A DNA stretch of 64,000 bases from the NCBI GenBank assembly GCA_963720545.1, contig OY970399.1, forward strand, positions 3,968,001-4,032,000, in the 5' to 3' direction. The notes beneath the pieces are model-generated. The model ran no database searches, was not told the DNA's origin, and worked only from the letters and a program-made list of their open reading frames with translations. Origin of the DNA: an uncultured Acidobacteriota bacterium. GTDB taxonomy: Bacteria > Acidobacteriota > Vicinamibacteria > Fen-336. The position numbers were made by a program, and so were the translations under genes. The first letter of the stretch is position 1. Every line of letters starts with the position of its first letter. This document shows, one piece after another, positions 20,277 through 31,993 of the stretch.

Positions 20277-22625
20277 GTGTCTGCCTCGCGAGCGACGCTG
20301 CGGCTGCTCCTCACGGCCCTGTGCGCCAGCGCGGTCGCCGGCGCCCAGTGCCGCCGCGAGCCGCCGGTCGTTGTCTACGACCTCGTGGCGCGTCTCGCCT
20401 CGGCCGAGCGCTGGTCCTCGCGCGAGGTAGTGCTGTTCGGCACGCCCGATGCCGAACCGCATCTCGCCGACGGTTTCTATCAGGAGAACAATCCGGTGGG
20501 CGGCGCCGGCTTCGTGTGGTCGCGGAGCGAAAGCGAACTGTCGTTCACCTGGCCGGCAGCCGCCGACCGCACCGCCGTCCTGGAGATGGCGCCTTACTCG
20601 GGCGTCCACAACCAGACTGCCCAGGTCTCGTTGAACGGCACGCCGCTGGAGTCGCTGCGGCTCAACGACGCGCGCCATCGCTACCGGCTGAGCCTCCCGG
20701 CGGCGGCGCAACGTCCTGGTGAGAATCGCCTGCGCTTCACCTTCGGCGCCGACGCGTCGCCCGCTGCAAACGGCGGTGCAGCCGGCGACCAGCGCCGGCT
20801 GGCGGCCGCGTTTTACAGCGTCGTCGTCGGAGCGCGCGAAGACGCGGGCATCGACGAGCTGCTGGGACGCGCGGCTCCGTCGCCTTTTTCGATCTCGACC
20901 GATGCCTCGGGCGTGCCCGCGCTGACCCTCATCGGTCCGAGCGTCGTCCGCTACGCGCTGCGAGTGCCCAAAGGCGCTGCGTTTCGGTTCATTCCGCAGG
21001 TCCATCCGCAGGCACAGGCGGCGGGCGAGTCCGCCTCCTTCCGCGTCACGGTGGAAAGCGTGTCCGGCAACGAGCGAGTGGCCTGGTCGAAGGTGATCGG
21101 GCCCCGCGACAAGCCTGTGGAAGTGAGCGTGCCGCTCGGTGTAGACGCCGGGACGCTCGTGCGCCTCGGCCTGCACGTCGGCCCGGCTGCCGGCGGCACC
21201 GCGTCGTCACTCTCCTGGGGGACCTGGCGCGCGCCACGGATCCTCGGTGCGGCAGCGGCAACGACCGCGGCCGCTCGAACGCCCGAAGCGAAGGCGGCGG
21301 CCGACCAAATCCGGAAAGGCACCGCGGGCGGCAGCGTGCTGCTCGTGATCCTCGACGCGGCCCGTGCCCGATCGTTCGGGCTCTACGGCCATGGAGGCGG
21401 CACCACCCCGAACATCGACCGGTTCGGCGCCGAGGGAATCGTCTTCGAGCGTGCCTTCACGCCGGCGGTCTATACGCTCGCCGCGATGTCATCGGTCTGG
21501 ACCTCCCAGTATCCCGACCGCCATCACGCCGACGTCTCGTTTTCGGCGCAGCTGCCGAAGGACAAGCTGACACTCGCCGACGTCCTGAGCGCGCAGGGCA
21601 TCCGCACCGCGGGCTTCGTCGCCAACCAGGTGGCTGGTTCGTTCAACGGCTTCGACCGCGGCTTCGCGGAGTTCCAGGACGTCTGGCGCGACCATGGCAG
21701 CGGCTCGGCGGCGCTCGTTGACGCGGTAGTGCCGTGGCTCGACACGGCGATCGGCCGGCGCTTCTTCGCCTACGTCCATTTCCGCGAACCGCACGCGCCT
21801 TACGACCCGCCGCCGGCTTACGCCGCGCGCTTTCCGGCGGGAAACACCATTCCCCAGGCCGAGCGTGCTGGCAGCAACCTCGACGCCCGCGTGAAGGCGC
21901 TGAACCAGAGCCAGCGTCAGCCTGCCACAGGCGAAATCGACGCGTTGCGCGCGCTCTACGAAGGCAACCTCGCTTCGGCCGACGCGGAGTTCGGCCGGCT
22001 GCGCGCCGCACTGGAGAAACTCGGGCTCTGGGATGCGACCACCATCATCGTCACCGCCGACCACGGCGAGAGCATGTTCGAGCACGGCTTCATTGGCCAC
22101 AACACGCAGGTGTTCGACGAGAGTACGCACGTGCCGCTCGTGATCCGCTTCGCGAAAGGCGTGCACCCGGCGCAAAGCACCACGAAAAACCTCGTCGACC
22201 TGCGCGACATCGCGCCCACCATTGCCGACCTGTTCGGCGCGCTTGGGAAGGGTGGGTCCGACCGTGAGTTCACGGGCCGCTCGCTGCTCGAGCGCCTCGC
22301 GGACGGCGCCGGAGAAGAGTTCGTGCTGTCGCGCACCGTCTGGGATCGGCCGGTCTATGCGCTTCGCGACAGCGCCTTCAAGGCGATCCTCAATACCCGC
22401 ACCGGGGCGCTGCAGCTCTACGACCTGGCCGCCGATCCGCCGGAAACGAAAGACGTATCGGGGACGGACGCGATCCGCACCGCCTACTATCGCCAGGCCC
22501 TTGAAAACGCGGTGGCGCGGCTCGCCCCGGTGCGCACCGACGAAGCCTCGCGCAAGCTGACGAAGGAGCAGTGCGAGAGCCTGAAGGCGCTTGGCTATGT
22601 CGGCGCCGGGGTGAAGTGCGAGTAA
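20277..22625 (+). CDS. Exported sulfatase-like hydrolase/transferase with a large N-terminal beta-rich region
   Basis: LLVILDAAR, HFREPHAPY, TADHGE, HVPLVI, LYDLAADP.E, LKALGY; Thr at the formylglycine position. Confidence 0.85.
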   Translation: MSASRATLRLLLTALCASAVAGAQCRREPPVVVYDLVARLASAERWSSREVVLFGTPDAEPHLADGFYQENNPVGGAGFVWSRSESELSFTWPAAADRTAVLEMAPYSGVHNQTAQVSLNGTPLESLRLNDARHRYRLSLPAAAQRPGENRLRFTFGADASPAANGGAAGDQRRLAAAFYSVVVGAREDAGIDELLGRAAPSPFSISTDASGVPALTLIGPSVVRYALRVPKGAAFRFIPQVHPQAQAAGESASFRVTVESVSGNERVAWSKVIGPRDKPVEVSVPLGVDAGTLVRLGLHVGPAAGGTASSLSWGTWRAPRILGAAAATTAAARTPEAKAAADQIRKGTAGGSVLLVILDAARARSFGLYGHGGGTTPNIDRFGAEGIVFERAFTPAVYTLAAMSSVWTSQYPDRHHADVSFSAQLPKDKLTLADVLSAQGIRTAGFVANQVAGSFNGFDRGFAEFQDVWRDHGSGSAALVDAVVPWLDTAIGRRFFAYVHFREPHAPYDPPPAYAARFPAGNTIPQAERAGSNLDARVKALNQSQRQPATGEIDALRALYEGNLASADAEFGRLRAALEKLGLWDATTIIVTADHGESMFEHGFIGHNTQVFDESTHVPLVIRFAKGVHPAQSTTKNLVDLRDIAPTIADLFGALGKGGSDREFTGRSLLERLADGAGEEFVLSRTVWDRPVYALRDSAFKAILNTRTGALQLYDLAADPPETKDVSGTDAIRTAYYRQALENAVARLAPVRTDEASRKLTKEQCESLKALGYVGAGVKCE

Positions 22626-22650
22626 AATTGCCGGGCAAAAGGAACCGCCC

Positions 22651-23772
22651 ATGGCCACCCTGACCAACACGCGCCCCGGCCTCAGTGCTGGTGTCATGAC
22701 GCTGCCGGGCCGCTACTATTCCGACCCCGCGGTTTTCAACGCGGAGATGGACCGCATCCACCATGCGATGTGGCTCTGCGCCGGACGCGAAGAGCAGATC
22801 AGGGAGCCGGGCCAGTACTTCGTCCGCCAGATCGGCAACGCCAACATCGTCATCCTGCGCGAGCAGGGCGGCACGCTGCGGGCATTCCACAACGTCTGCC
22901 GGCACCGCGGCACCATGCTGTGCCACGGCCTCGAAGGCAAGCTGCCCGGCAAGATCCGCTGCGCGTACCACGGCTGGACATACGGACTCGACGGCCGCCT
23001 CATGGGCGCGCCGCACATGGAGAAGGTGGAAGGCTTCCGGGACACCGACTACCCGCTGCACTCGGTCGCGGTGGACATCTGGGACGGTCACATCTTCATC
23101 AACCTCGCACAGAAGCCGCTGCCGCTCCTCGAGCAGCTCGCCGATCTGCCGTCGAAGTTCGCGTCGTGGGGGATGGCCGGCCTGCAGCTCGTGGAGCGCA
23201 AGATCTATCACCTGCAGGCGAACTGGAAGCTCGTCATCCAGAACTACTCGGAGTGCCTGCACTGTCCCGTGGCGCACCCGCAGCTGAAGGAGTTCTCGCA
23301 CTACATGAGCGGCGAGAACGACCCGCCGCAGCCCACGTATGTGGGCGGCTTCATGAGCCTGCAGCCGAACGTGCCGACGATGGGTTCGCTCGGCACCGAC
23401 ACGCGCAAGCCGTTCCCGGGCCTGTCCGCGGAGAATGCGCGCCGCGTCTACTACTACGCGGTGCTGCCGAACCTGCTCCTCAACCTGCACCCCGACTACA
23501 TGATGACGCTGACCCTGTGGCCGCTGGCGGCCGACCGCACCGACGTCGTCTGCGAATGGCACTTCCATCCCGACGCCGTCGCGCAGCCCGGCTTCGACCC
23601 GTCGGGCGCGATCGAATTCTGGGACATCACCAACAAGCAGGACTGGGAGCTGTCCGACCTCGCGCAGCGCGGCATCTCTTCGAAGGGCTACACACCCGGG
23701 CCGTATTCGAATCGCGAGGAGCTGCTGCACGCGCTCGACGCCTGGGTGGTGGAGCGGCTCGGCGGCGCCTAG
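22651..23772 (+). CDS. Rieske non-heme iron oxygenase alpha subunit (glycine betaine/choline oxygenase-like)
   Basis: NVCRHRG...CAYHGWTY Rieske motif; ANWK...ECLHC..AHP mononuclear Fe site; QDWEL. Confidence 0.9.
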   Translation: MATLTNTRPGLSAGVMTLPGRYYSDPAVFNAEMDRIHHAMWLCAGREEQIREPGQYFVRQIGNANIVILREQGGTLRAFHNVCRHRGTMLCHGLEGKLPGKIRCAYHGWTYGLDGRLMGAPHMEKVEGFRDTDYPLHSVAVDIWDGHIFINLAQKPLPLLEQLADLPSKFASWGMAGLQLVERKIYHLQANWKLVIQNYSECLHCPVAHPQLKEFSHYMSGENDPPQPTYVGGFMSLQPNVPTMGSLGTDTRKPFPGLSAENARRVYYYAVLPNLLLNLHPDYMMTLTLWPLAADRTDVVCEWHFHPDAVAQPGFDPSGAIEFWDITNKQDWELSDLAQRGISSKGYTPGPYSNREELLHALDAWVVERLGGA

Positions 23773-23782
23773 CGCCATCAGG

Positions 23783-24760
23783 GTGAGCGAGCTGCGCAAG
23801 GACGCACGCATCTTCGTCGCCGGCCACCGCGGCCTCGTCGGCTCGTCGGTGGTCCGCAAGCTCGCGCAGGACAGCTTCAGCGAAGTCCTCACCGCCACCC
23901 GTGGCGAGCTCGACCTGCGCGACCAGGCCGCGGTGGACGCGTGGTTCCGCGCCAACCGCCCCGAGTACGTGTACCTCGTCGCCGGCACGGTCGGCGGGAT
24001 CCTCGCGAACTCCACGCGGCCCGCCGAGTTCATCTACGACAACATGATGATCCACGCGACCGTGGTGCACGCCGCCCACGTCTACGGCGCCAGGAAGCTG
24101 CTGTACCTCGGCAGCTCGTGCATCTACCCCCGCGACGCGCCGCAGCCGATGAAGGAAGAGGCGTTGCTGTCGGGAGTGCTCGAACCGACGAACGAGCCGT
24201 ACGCTGTCGCCAAGATCGCCGGGATCAAGCTGTGCCAGGCTTACCGCCGCCAGTTCGGCTCGAACTTCATTTCGGCGATGCCGACGAACCTCTACGGTCC
24301 CGGCGACAACTTCGACCTCGCGAGCTCGCACGTGGTGCCGGCGCTGATCCGCAAGTTCCACGACGCGAAGCTGGCCAAAAGCCCGGACGTGACGGTGTGG
24401 GGCACCGGCACGCCGCGCCGCGAATTCCTGCACGTGGACGACCTTGCCGACGCATGCGTCTTCTTGATGGCGAACTACGAAGGCGACCTGCACATGAACG
24501 TCGGCACCGGCGAGGACCTGACGATCCGCGAACTGGCGGACAAGGTCCGCGCGATGGTCTATCCCGAGGCCAAGATCGTCTTCGACGCCTCGAAGCCCGA
24601 CGGCTCCCCCCGCAAGCTCCTCGACGTGGGCCGCCTCCACACCCTCGGCTGGCGCCACCGCGTCACCCTCGACCACGGCATCGCGACCGCCTATGCCTGG
24701 TTCCTCGAGCACCATGACGATGCCCGCGGCATGACCCCGGCCGTCGCCGTCCACACTTGA
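23783..24760 (+). CDS. fcl: GDP-L-fucose synthase
   Basis: GHRGLVGS, GSSCIYP, LEPTNEPYAVAK, PTNLYGPGDNF, WGTGTPRREFLHVDD. Confidence 0.95.
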   Translation: MSELRKDARIFVAGHRGLVGSSVVRKLAQDSFSEVLTATRGELDLRDQAAVDAWFRANRPEYVYLVAGTVGGILANSTRPAEFIYDNMMIHATVVHAAHVYGARKLLYLGSSCIYPRDAPQPMKEEALLSGVLEPTNEPYAVAKIAGIKLCQAYRRQFGSNFISAMPTNLYGPGDNFDLASSHVVPALIRKFHDAKLAKSPDVTVWGTGTPRREFLHVDDLADACVFLMANYEGDLHMNVGTGEDLTIRELADKVRAMVYPEAKIVFDASKPDGSPRKLLDVGRLHTLGWRHRVTLDHGIATAYAWFLEHHDDARGMTPAVAVHT

Positions 24761-24776
24761 TCGAGGCCGCGGCTGC

Positions 24777-25373
24777 TCAGTGCTGCGTGGGACGCTGCGG
24801 CTTCATCGGCATCACGCCGAGCTCGAGGAGCCTCTCCGCCGCCGCGCCGCTGCCGGTCCTGAGCCAGCGCTCGTACAGCTGCGGCACCGAATCCGATGCC
24901 GTGGCGTGGGTATGGTCGGCGACTTCCGTTAACACATCGGCGAACTCGTGGAATCGGCGGGCCAGCTCGCCGTACACCTCGGGACCGAAACCGAGCAGCT
25001 GGTCGCGCCGGCTGAGGTGGCCGTAGGCGAAACTGCCGAAGGAGCTGTAGTAACGGGCTTCGGCGCGGCGGCGGGCGAGGCTGTCGGCGAAGAACCCGGA
25101 GACGAACAATGCCGTATCGCCCAGCGCGCGCAATAGCCGGGCGCGGTCGTTGCGCGGCGCGGCGATCGCGCGGGCATAGAGCTCCGCAAGCGGCAGGTCC
25201 GCGGCGCCGGGGTCATCCGTGGCGACGTCGTGGCTGCGCATGCTGCCCGCGAGCAGGTTGACGAGGTAGAACTCGGTAAACGTGGACGCCGAGACCTTCT
25301 GGTGCGCCATGGCACGGATGAGTTCATCGCGAAAGAACTCCGCCGGCGTCTTTTCAAGGAACCGATGTCCCAT
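24777..25373 (-). CDS. Hypothetical protein (predicted helical)
   Basis: Natural-looking ~198 aa (YLVNLL, LGDTALFVSGFFADSL, LYERWLRTGS); GGGAGG Shine-Dalgarno; alternative GTG start at 25379. Confidence 0.8.
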   Translation of the reverse strand: MGHRFLEKTPAEFFRDELIRAMAHQKVSASTFTEFYLVNLLAGSMRSHDVATDDPGAADLPLAELYARAIAAPRNDRARLLRALGDTALFVSGFFADSLARRRAEARYYSSFGSFAYGHLSRRDQLLGFGPEVYGELARRFHEFADVLTEVADHTHATASDSVPQLYERWLRTGSGAAAERLLELGVMPMKPQRPTQH

Positions 25374-25678
25374 GACCACCCCTCCCGCCCGCTTCTAATG
25401 CACGGATCGTGCTAGCGGTCGGCGGTCGTGTGTGCTGGAACGGCGCACGAATGGAATGAGCGAGTTGCCTCTGAGGCGTGCGCGAACGCACACTGCGATG
25501 GCGACAACAATTGTCAACACCGAGTATCAAAGCTGCCTCAGGTTGTATCGGTTCCCGGACGCGGCCAACTTGGGATCGCCGGCGAGGCTCTGGTGTGCAG
25601 CCCGCGGGTGACGGAGCCGGTACTTCTCGCCGGGTTACTGCGCTGATACATTGAACATCGAGAAGATCGTGATCATTC

Positions 25679-26485
25679 ATGCCTCCTGACCCGAAACCCA
25701 CCCTTGCCGATTCCCACTGTCATATCGACATGGATGCGTTCGATGCGGACCGGGGCGAGGCGGTGGCGCGGGCGCGGGAGGCTGGGGTCGAAAAGATCGT
25801 GGTGGTGGGCTGTGCTACGGGTGCCGGTGGGCATCGGCGCGCGGTCGAGGTGGCCGAGGAGTTCGGGCTGCTGGCGGCGGCGGGGTTTCATCCGCACGAT
25901 GCCAAGGAGGCGACCGAGCCTCTGCTCGACGAGATCGAAGGCTGGGCCGCGGCAGGGCGGATTCGGGCGATTGGCGAAATCGGGCTCGACTTTCACTACA
26001 ACCATTCGCCGGCGGATACTCAGCGGTTGGTGTTCCGCGACCAGATCCGGCGCGCGCGGCGGGCGGGGGTGCCTGTCGTCGTCCATACGCGCGCGGCCGA
26101 TGACGAGACGGCGTCGATCCTCGAGGAAGAAGGCGCAGGAGAAACGGGCGGCGTGATCCACTGCTTCTCGGGCGGGCACTCGCTCGCGCAGCGCGCGCTC
26201 GCGCTCGGGTTCTACCTGTCCTTCTCCGGCATCCTCACGTTTCCGAAGGCCGACGTGATCCGGGAGGTCGCCCGCGAGGCGCCGCTCGATCGCATCCTGG
26301 TCGAGACCGACTCACCGTTTCTCGCCCCGAAGCCTTTCCGCGGCAAGCGAAACGAGCCCGCGTACGTCGTCGAAGTGGCGCGCGCGCTGGCCGAACTGCG
26401 GGGTGTGACGACCTCCGAGATCGCGGCCGCGACGCGGCGGAATCTCGATGCTTTCCTCGCGCCGCGCGTGCCTTCCCGGGTTTGA
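25679..26485 (+). CDS. tatD: TatD family deoxyribonuclease
   Basis: DSHCH, GFHPH, IGEIGLD, VHTR, IHCFSG, ETDSPFLAP, RGKRNEP. Confidence 0.95.
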   Translation: MPPDPKPTLADSHCHIDMDAFDADRGEAVARAREAGVEKIVVVGCATGAGGHRRAVEVAEEFGLLAAAGFHPHDAKEATEPLLDEIEGWAAAGRIRAIGEIGLDFHYNHSPADTQRLVFRDQIRRARRAGVPVVVHTRAADDETASILEEEGAGETGGVIHCFSGGHSLAQRALALGFYLSFSGILTFPKADVIREVAREAPLDRILVETDSPFLAPKPFRGKRNEPAYVVEVARALAELRGVTTSEIAAATRRNLDAFLAPRVPSRV

Positions 26486-26549
26486 CAAGGCCGCGCGAAT
26501 CCGGCAACGTTGAGCGCGTTTACGTCGCCCCGCGGATCCCTCTAACCCC

Positions 26550-27038
26550 ATGGCAGAGAGTTCTTTCGACATCGTGAGCAAGGTGGACCTCCAGGAGGTC
26601 AAGAACGCCATTGCCCAGGCCATGAAGGAGGTCCAGACCCGCTTCGACCTCAAGGGCAGCCGCGCCAACATCGAGCTGACCGGAGAGGAAATCGTCATCA
26701 GCTCGGCAGACGACTCGAAGATGAAGGCGGTCCGCGACGTCCTCGAGGAACGCTTCGTAAAGCGCAGCGTGCCGCTGAAGTCGCTCACCTACAGTGAAGT
26801 GGAGAAGGCGCTCGGCGCCTCGGCCCGGCAGAAGGTGACGCTGCAGAAGGGCATCCCGTCCGACAAGGCGCGCGAGATCGTCAAGCTCATCAAGGGCTCG
26901 AAGACCAAGGTCCAGGCGTCGATCCAGGGCGACCAGCTGCGCGTCACCGGCAAGAGCCGGGACGACCTGCAGTCGGTCATGGCCATGCTGCGTGCCGCCG
27001 ACCTCGGCATCGACATGCAGTTCACCAACTACAAGTAA
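26550..27038 (+). CDS. yajQ: YajQ family nucleotide/c-di-GMP-binding protein
   Basis: SFDIVSKVDLQEVKNA, RFDLKG, KVQASIQGDQLRVTGKSRDDLQ, QFTNY. Confidence 0.95.
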   Translation: MAESSFDIVSKVDLQEVKNAIAQAMKEVQTRFDLKGSRANIELTGEEIVISSADDSKMKAVRDVLEERFVKRSVPLKSLTYSEVEKALGASARQKVTLQKGIPSDKAREIVKLIKGSKTKVQASIQGDQLRVTGKSRDDLQSVMAMLRAADLGIDMQFTNYK

Positions 27039-27042
27039 CGCC

Positions 27043-28050
27043 GTGGCCACCGTAGACCCTACCCGCAAGACTCTCGTCCCGCTGAAGGAGATCCTCGGCC
27101 TGGTGGCGGACGACCTCGTCAAGGTAGAAGCGCTCTTCGAGGAGCAGTGCCGCTCCGACGTCAAGCTGGTGGCGGAGATCGGCCGCTACATCCGCGAAGG
27201 CGGCGGCAAGCGCATCCGGCCGGCGCTGTTGCTGCTCGCGTGCCGCGCCTGCGGCTATCAGGGCGACCGCGCCATCCTGCTGGCGGCAGTCGTCGAGTTC
27301 ATCCACACCGCGACGCTGCTGCACGACGACATCATCGACCAGGCCGACCTGCGCCGCGGCCGGCGCAGCGTCAACAGCCGCTGGGGCAACGACATGACCG
27401 TCCTGCTCGGCGACTTCCTCTACACCAAGTCGATGGCCATGGCGCTGTCGCAGGACAACCTCCCGGTATTGCGCCTGCTCTCCGACGTGACGCTGCGGAT
27501 GATCGAGGGCGAGATCCTCGAGATCGAGCGCAACGGCGACCTGCAGACGACCGAACCCGACCACATCGACATCATCAACCGCAAGACCGCCGACCTGTTT
27601 GCGGCCTGCACCCGCATCGGCGCCATCCTCGGCGGTGTCGACCGCCGCAAGGAGGAGGCGCTCGGGCGTTACGGCTCGAACCTCGGCGTGTGCTTCCAGA
27701 TGGTGGACGACCTGCTCGACTTCACCGCGGACGAAAAGGCGCTCGGCAAGCCTGTGCTCTCCGACCTGCGCGAGGGCAAGCTGACGCTGCCGGCGATCTT
27801 CGCGCTGCGCGCGGGCGGACCGGCGGGCGTCGCCAAGGTGTCGCAGGTGCTGGCCGACCGCGGCTTCACGCGCGTCACCCGCGAGGAAATCGTGGCGCTG
27901 GCGCGCGAGTGCGGGGCCCTCGACGAGTCGCGGCGCATGGCCGAGGAGTACGCCGAGGCGGCGCGCCACGACCTCGACGTCTTCGAGTTCTCGCCGTATC
28001 GCGAGGCGCTCGCGTCGCTTCCCGATTTCATCCTCGCCCGCGACCGCTGA
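27043..28050 (+). CDS. Polyprenyl diphosphate synthase (IspB-like)
   Basis: GGKRIRP, LLHDDIID...RRG, FQMVDDLLD, GKPVLSDLREGK. Confidence 0.93.
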   Translation: MATVDPTRKTLVPLKEILGLVADDLVKVEALFEEQCRSDVKLVAEIGRYIREGGGKRIRPALLLLACRACGYQGDRAILLAAVVEFIHTATLLHDDIIDQADLRRGRRSVNSRWGNDMTVLLGDFLYTKSMAMALSQDNLPVLRLLSDVTLRMIEGEILEIERNGDLQTTEPDHIDIINRKTADLFAACTRIGAILGGVDRRKEEALGRYGSNLGVCFQMVDDLLDFTADEKALGKPVLSDLREGKLTLPAIFALRAGGPAGVAKVSQVLADRGFTRVTREEIVALARECGALDESRRMAEEYAEAARHDLDVFEFSPYREALASLPDFILARDR

Positions 28051-28075
28051 GCGTGGACGGGCGGCCCGAGGCGCC

Positions 28076-30534
<2,459 letters not shown>

Positions 30535-30556
30535 CGCCGACTATACTCACGGGCTG

Positions 30557-31993
30557 ATGCCGCGCACCGCACTCGCCGTGGCCGCCCTCATCGTGGCGGT
30601 AGCCTTCGGAGCCATCGGCTTCCTGGTCGGCACCCGCCGCGCCGAGACCCGGCATCCGGTGGCGCCGCCGCAGGAGCGGCCGTTCAGCGCTCCGTCATTC
30701 GCGGACATCGTGCAGCGGGTCAATCACTCGGTGGTGCAGGTGAGCGTGCCGCACGGCCGGCGCCTGCCGCCGGCGGTTGAGAGCGGCGAGGAAGGCGACA
30801 CCGTGCGCGACGAAGGCTCGGGCTTCGTCATCGACGACCAGGGACACATCCTGACCAACCAGCACCTGGTGGCCGGCGCCGACCGCATCAAGGTGCGGCT
30901 CGCGGACAAGCGCGAGCTGGTGGCGACGCTGGTCGGCGCCGACGAGAGCACCGACGTCGCCGTGATCCGCGTCGACTCGGCCGAACTGCAGCCGATACCG
31001 CTCGGCGACTCCGACGAACTGCGCGTTGGCGACTGGGTCTGCGCCATCGGCAACCCGTACTCGTTCGAGCACACGGTCACCGCCGGCGTCGTGTCGTCGA
31101 AGGGCCGCAAGATCTTCGACGACGCCTTCGACGACTACATCCAGACGGACGCCGCCATCAATCCCGGGAATTCCGGCGGACCGCTCCTGAACCTGCAGGG
31201 CGAGGCGGTCGGCATGAACGCCGCGGTCAGCCTCGAAGGCGAGGGTATCGGCTTCGCGGTGCCCATCAACGTGGCGCGCGAGATCCTGGCGCAGATCCTG
31301 CGCAACGGCCGCGTCTCGCGCGGCGACCTCGGCATCCGCGTGCGCGACCTCGAACCCGACCTGCGCGACCTGGTGAAGGCGCCGGCCGAGTTGGGCAGCC
31401 TGGTGGTGGAGGTGCTGCCGGGATCCGCCGGTGAGAAAGCCGGCCTGCGCCGCTACGACGTGGTCACCGCGGTGTCGGGCCAGGCGATCGAGCGCAGCGA
31501 CGACTTCACGCGCGCCGTTTCGGCGCTGGCGCCCGGGACCGAGGTTGCCGTTGCCTACCTGCGCGACGGAACCGCGGCAACCGCCAAGGCCGTCATCACC
31601 GATCGGCCCCGGGATGCGCCGCTCGGTGTGCTCAGCCCGTCGCCAGTGCCGCCGCGGCCCGGACCGGTGGATGTGCTCGGGCTGGTGGTCGTCGATGCGC
31701 GCCCGCCGAAGAAAGGCGCGCCGCCGGCGCCGCACGGCGTCGTGATCCGCGAGATCGAGAGTTCCTCCGCGGGCGCCGACCTGCTGGAGCGCGGCGACGT
31801 GATCATCGACGTGAACCGCCAGCCGACTCCGGATGCGGTGGCCTACAGGAAGATCATCGGCGCCTTCGATGCCGATTCGGTCGCGTGGCTGCTGGTGCGG
31901 CGTCCATCCACCGGCGACGTGTTCCTCACGCGGCTCGATTCGGAGATGCCGGAAGAAGTTCCGCAGGCGGCTGCCGCAGCGAGCCGGAAATGA
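30557..31993 (+). CDS. HtrA/DegP (Do family) serine protease with two PDZ domains
   Basis: GSGF, LTNQH, IQTDAAINPGNSGGPL; N-terminal TM. Confidence 0.93.
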   Translation: MPRTALAVAALIVAVAFGAIGFLVGTRRAETRHPVAPPQERPFSAPSFADIVQRVNHSVVQVSVPHGRRLPPAVESGEEGDTVRDEGSGFVIDDQGHILTNQHLVAGADRIKVRLADKRELVATLVGADESTDVAVIRVDSAELQPIPLGDSDELRVGDWVCAIGNPYSFEHTVTAGVVSSKGRKIFDDAFDDYIQTDAAINPGNSGGPLLNLQGEAVGMNAAVSLEGEGIGFAVPINVAREILAQILRNGRVSRGDLGIRVRDLEPDLRDLVKAPAELGSLVVEVLPGSAGEKAGLRRYDVVTAVSGQAIERSDDFTRAVSALAPGTEVAVAYLRDGTAATAKAVITDRPRDAPLGVLSPSPVPPRPGPVDVLGLVVVDARPPKKGAPPAPHGVVIREIESSSAGADLLERGDVIIDVNRQPTPDAVAYRKIIGAFDADSVAWLLVRRPSTGDVFLTRLDSEMPEEVPQAAAAASRK

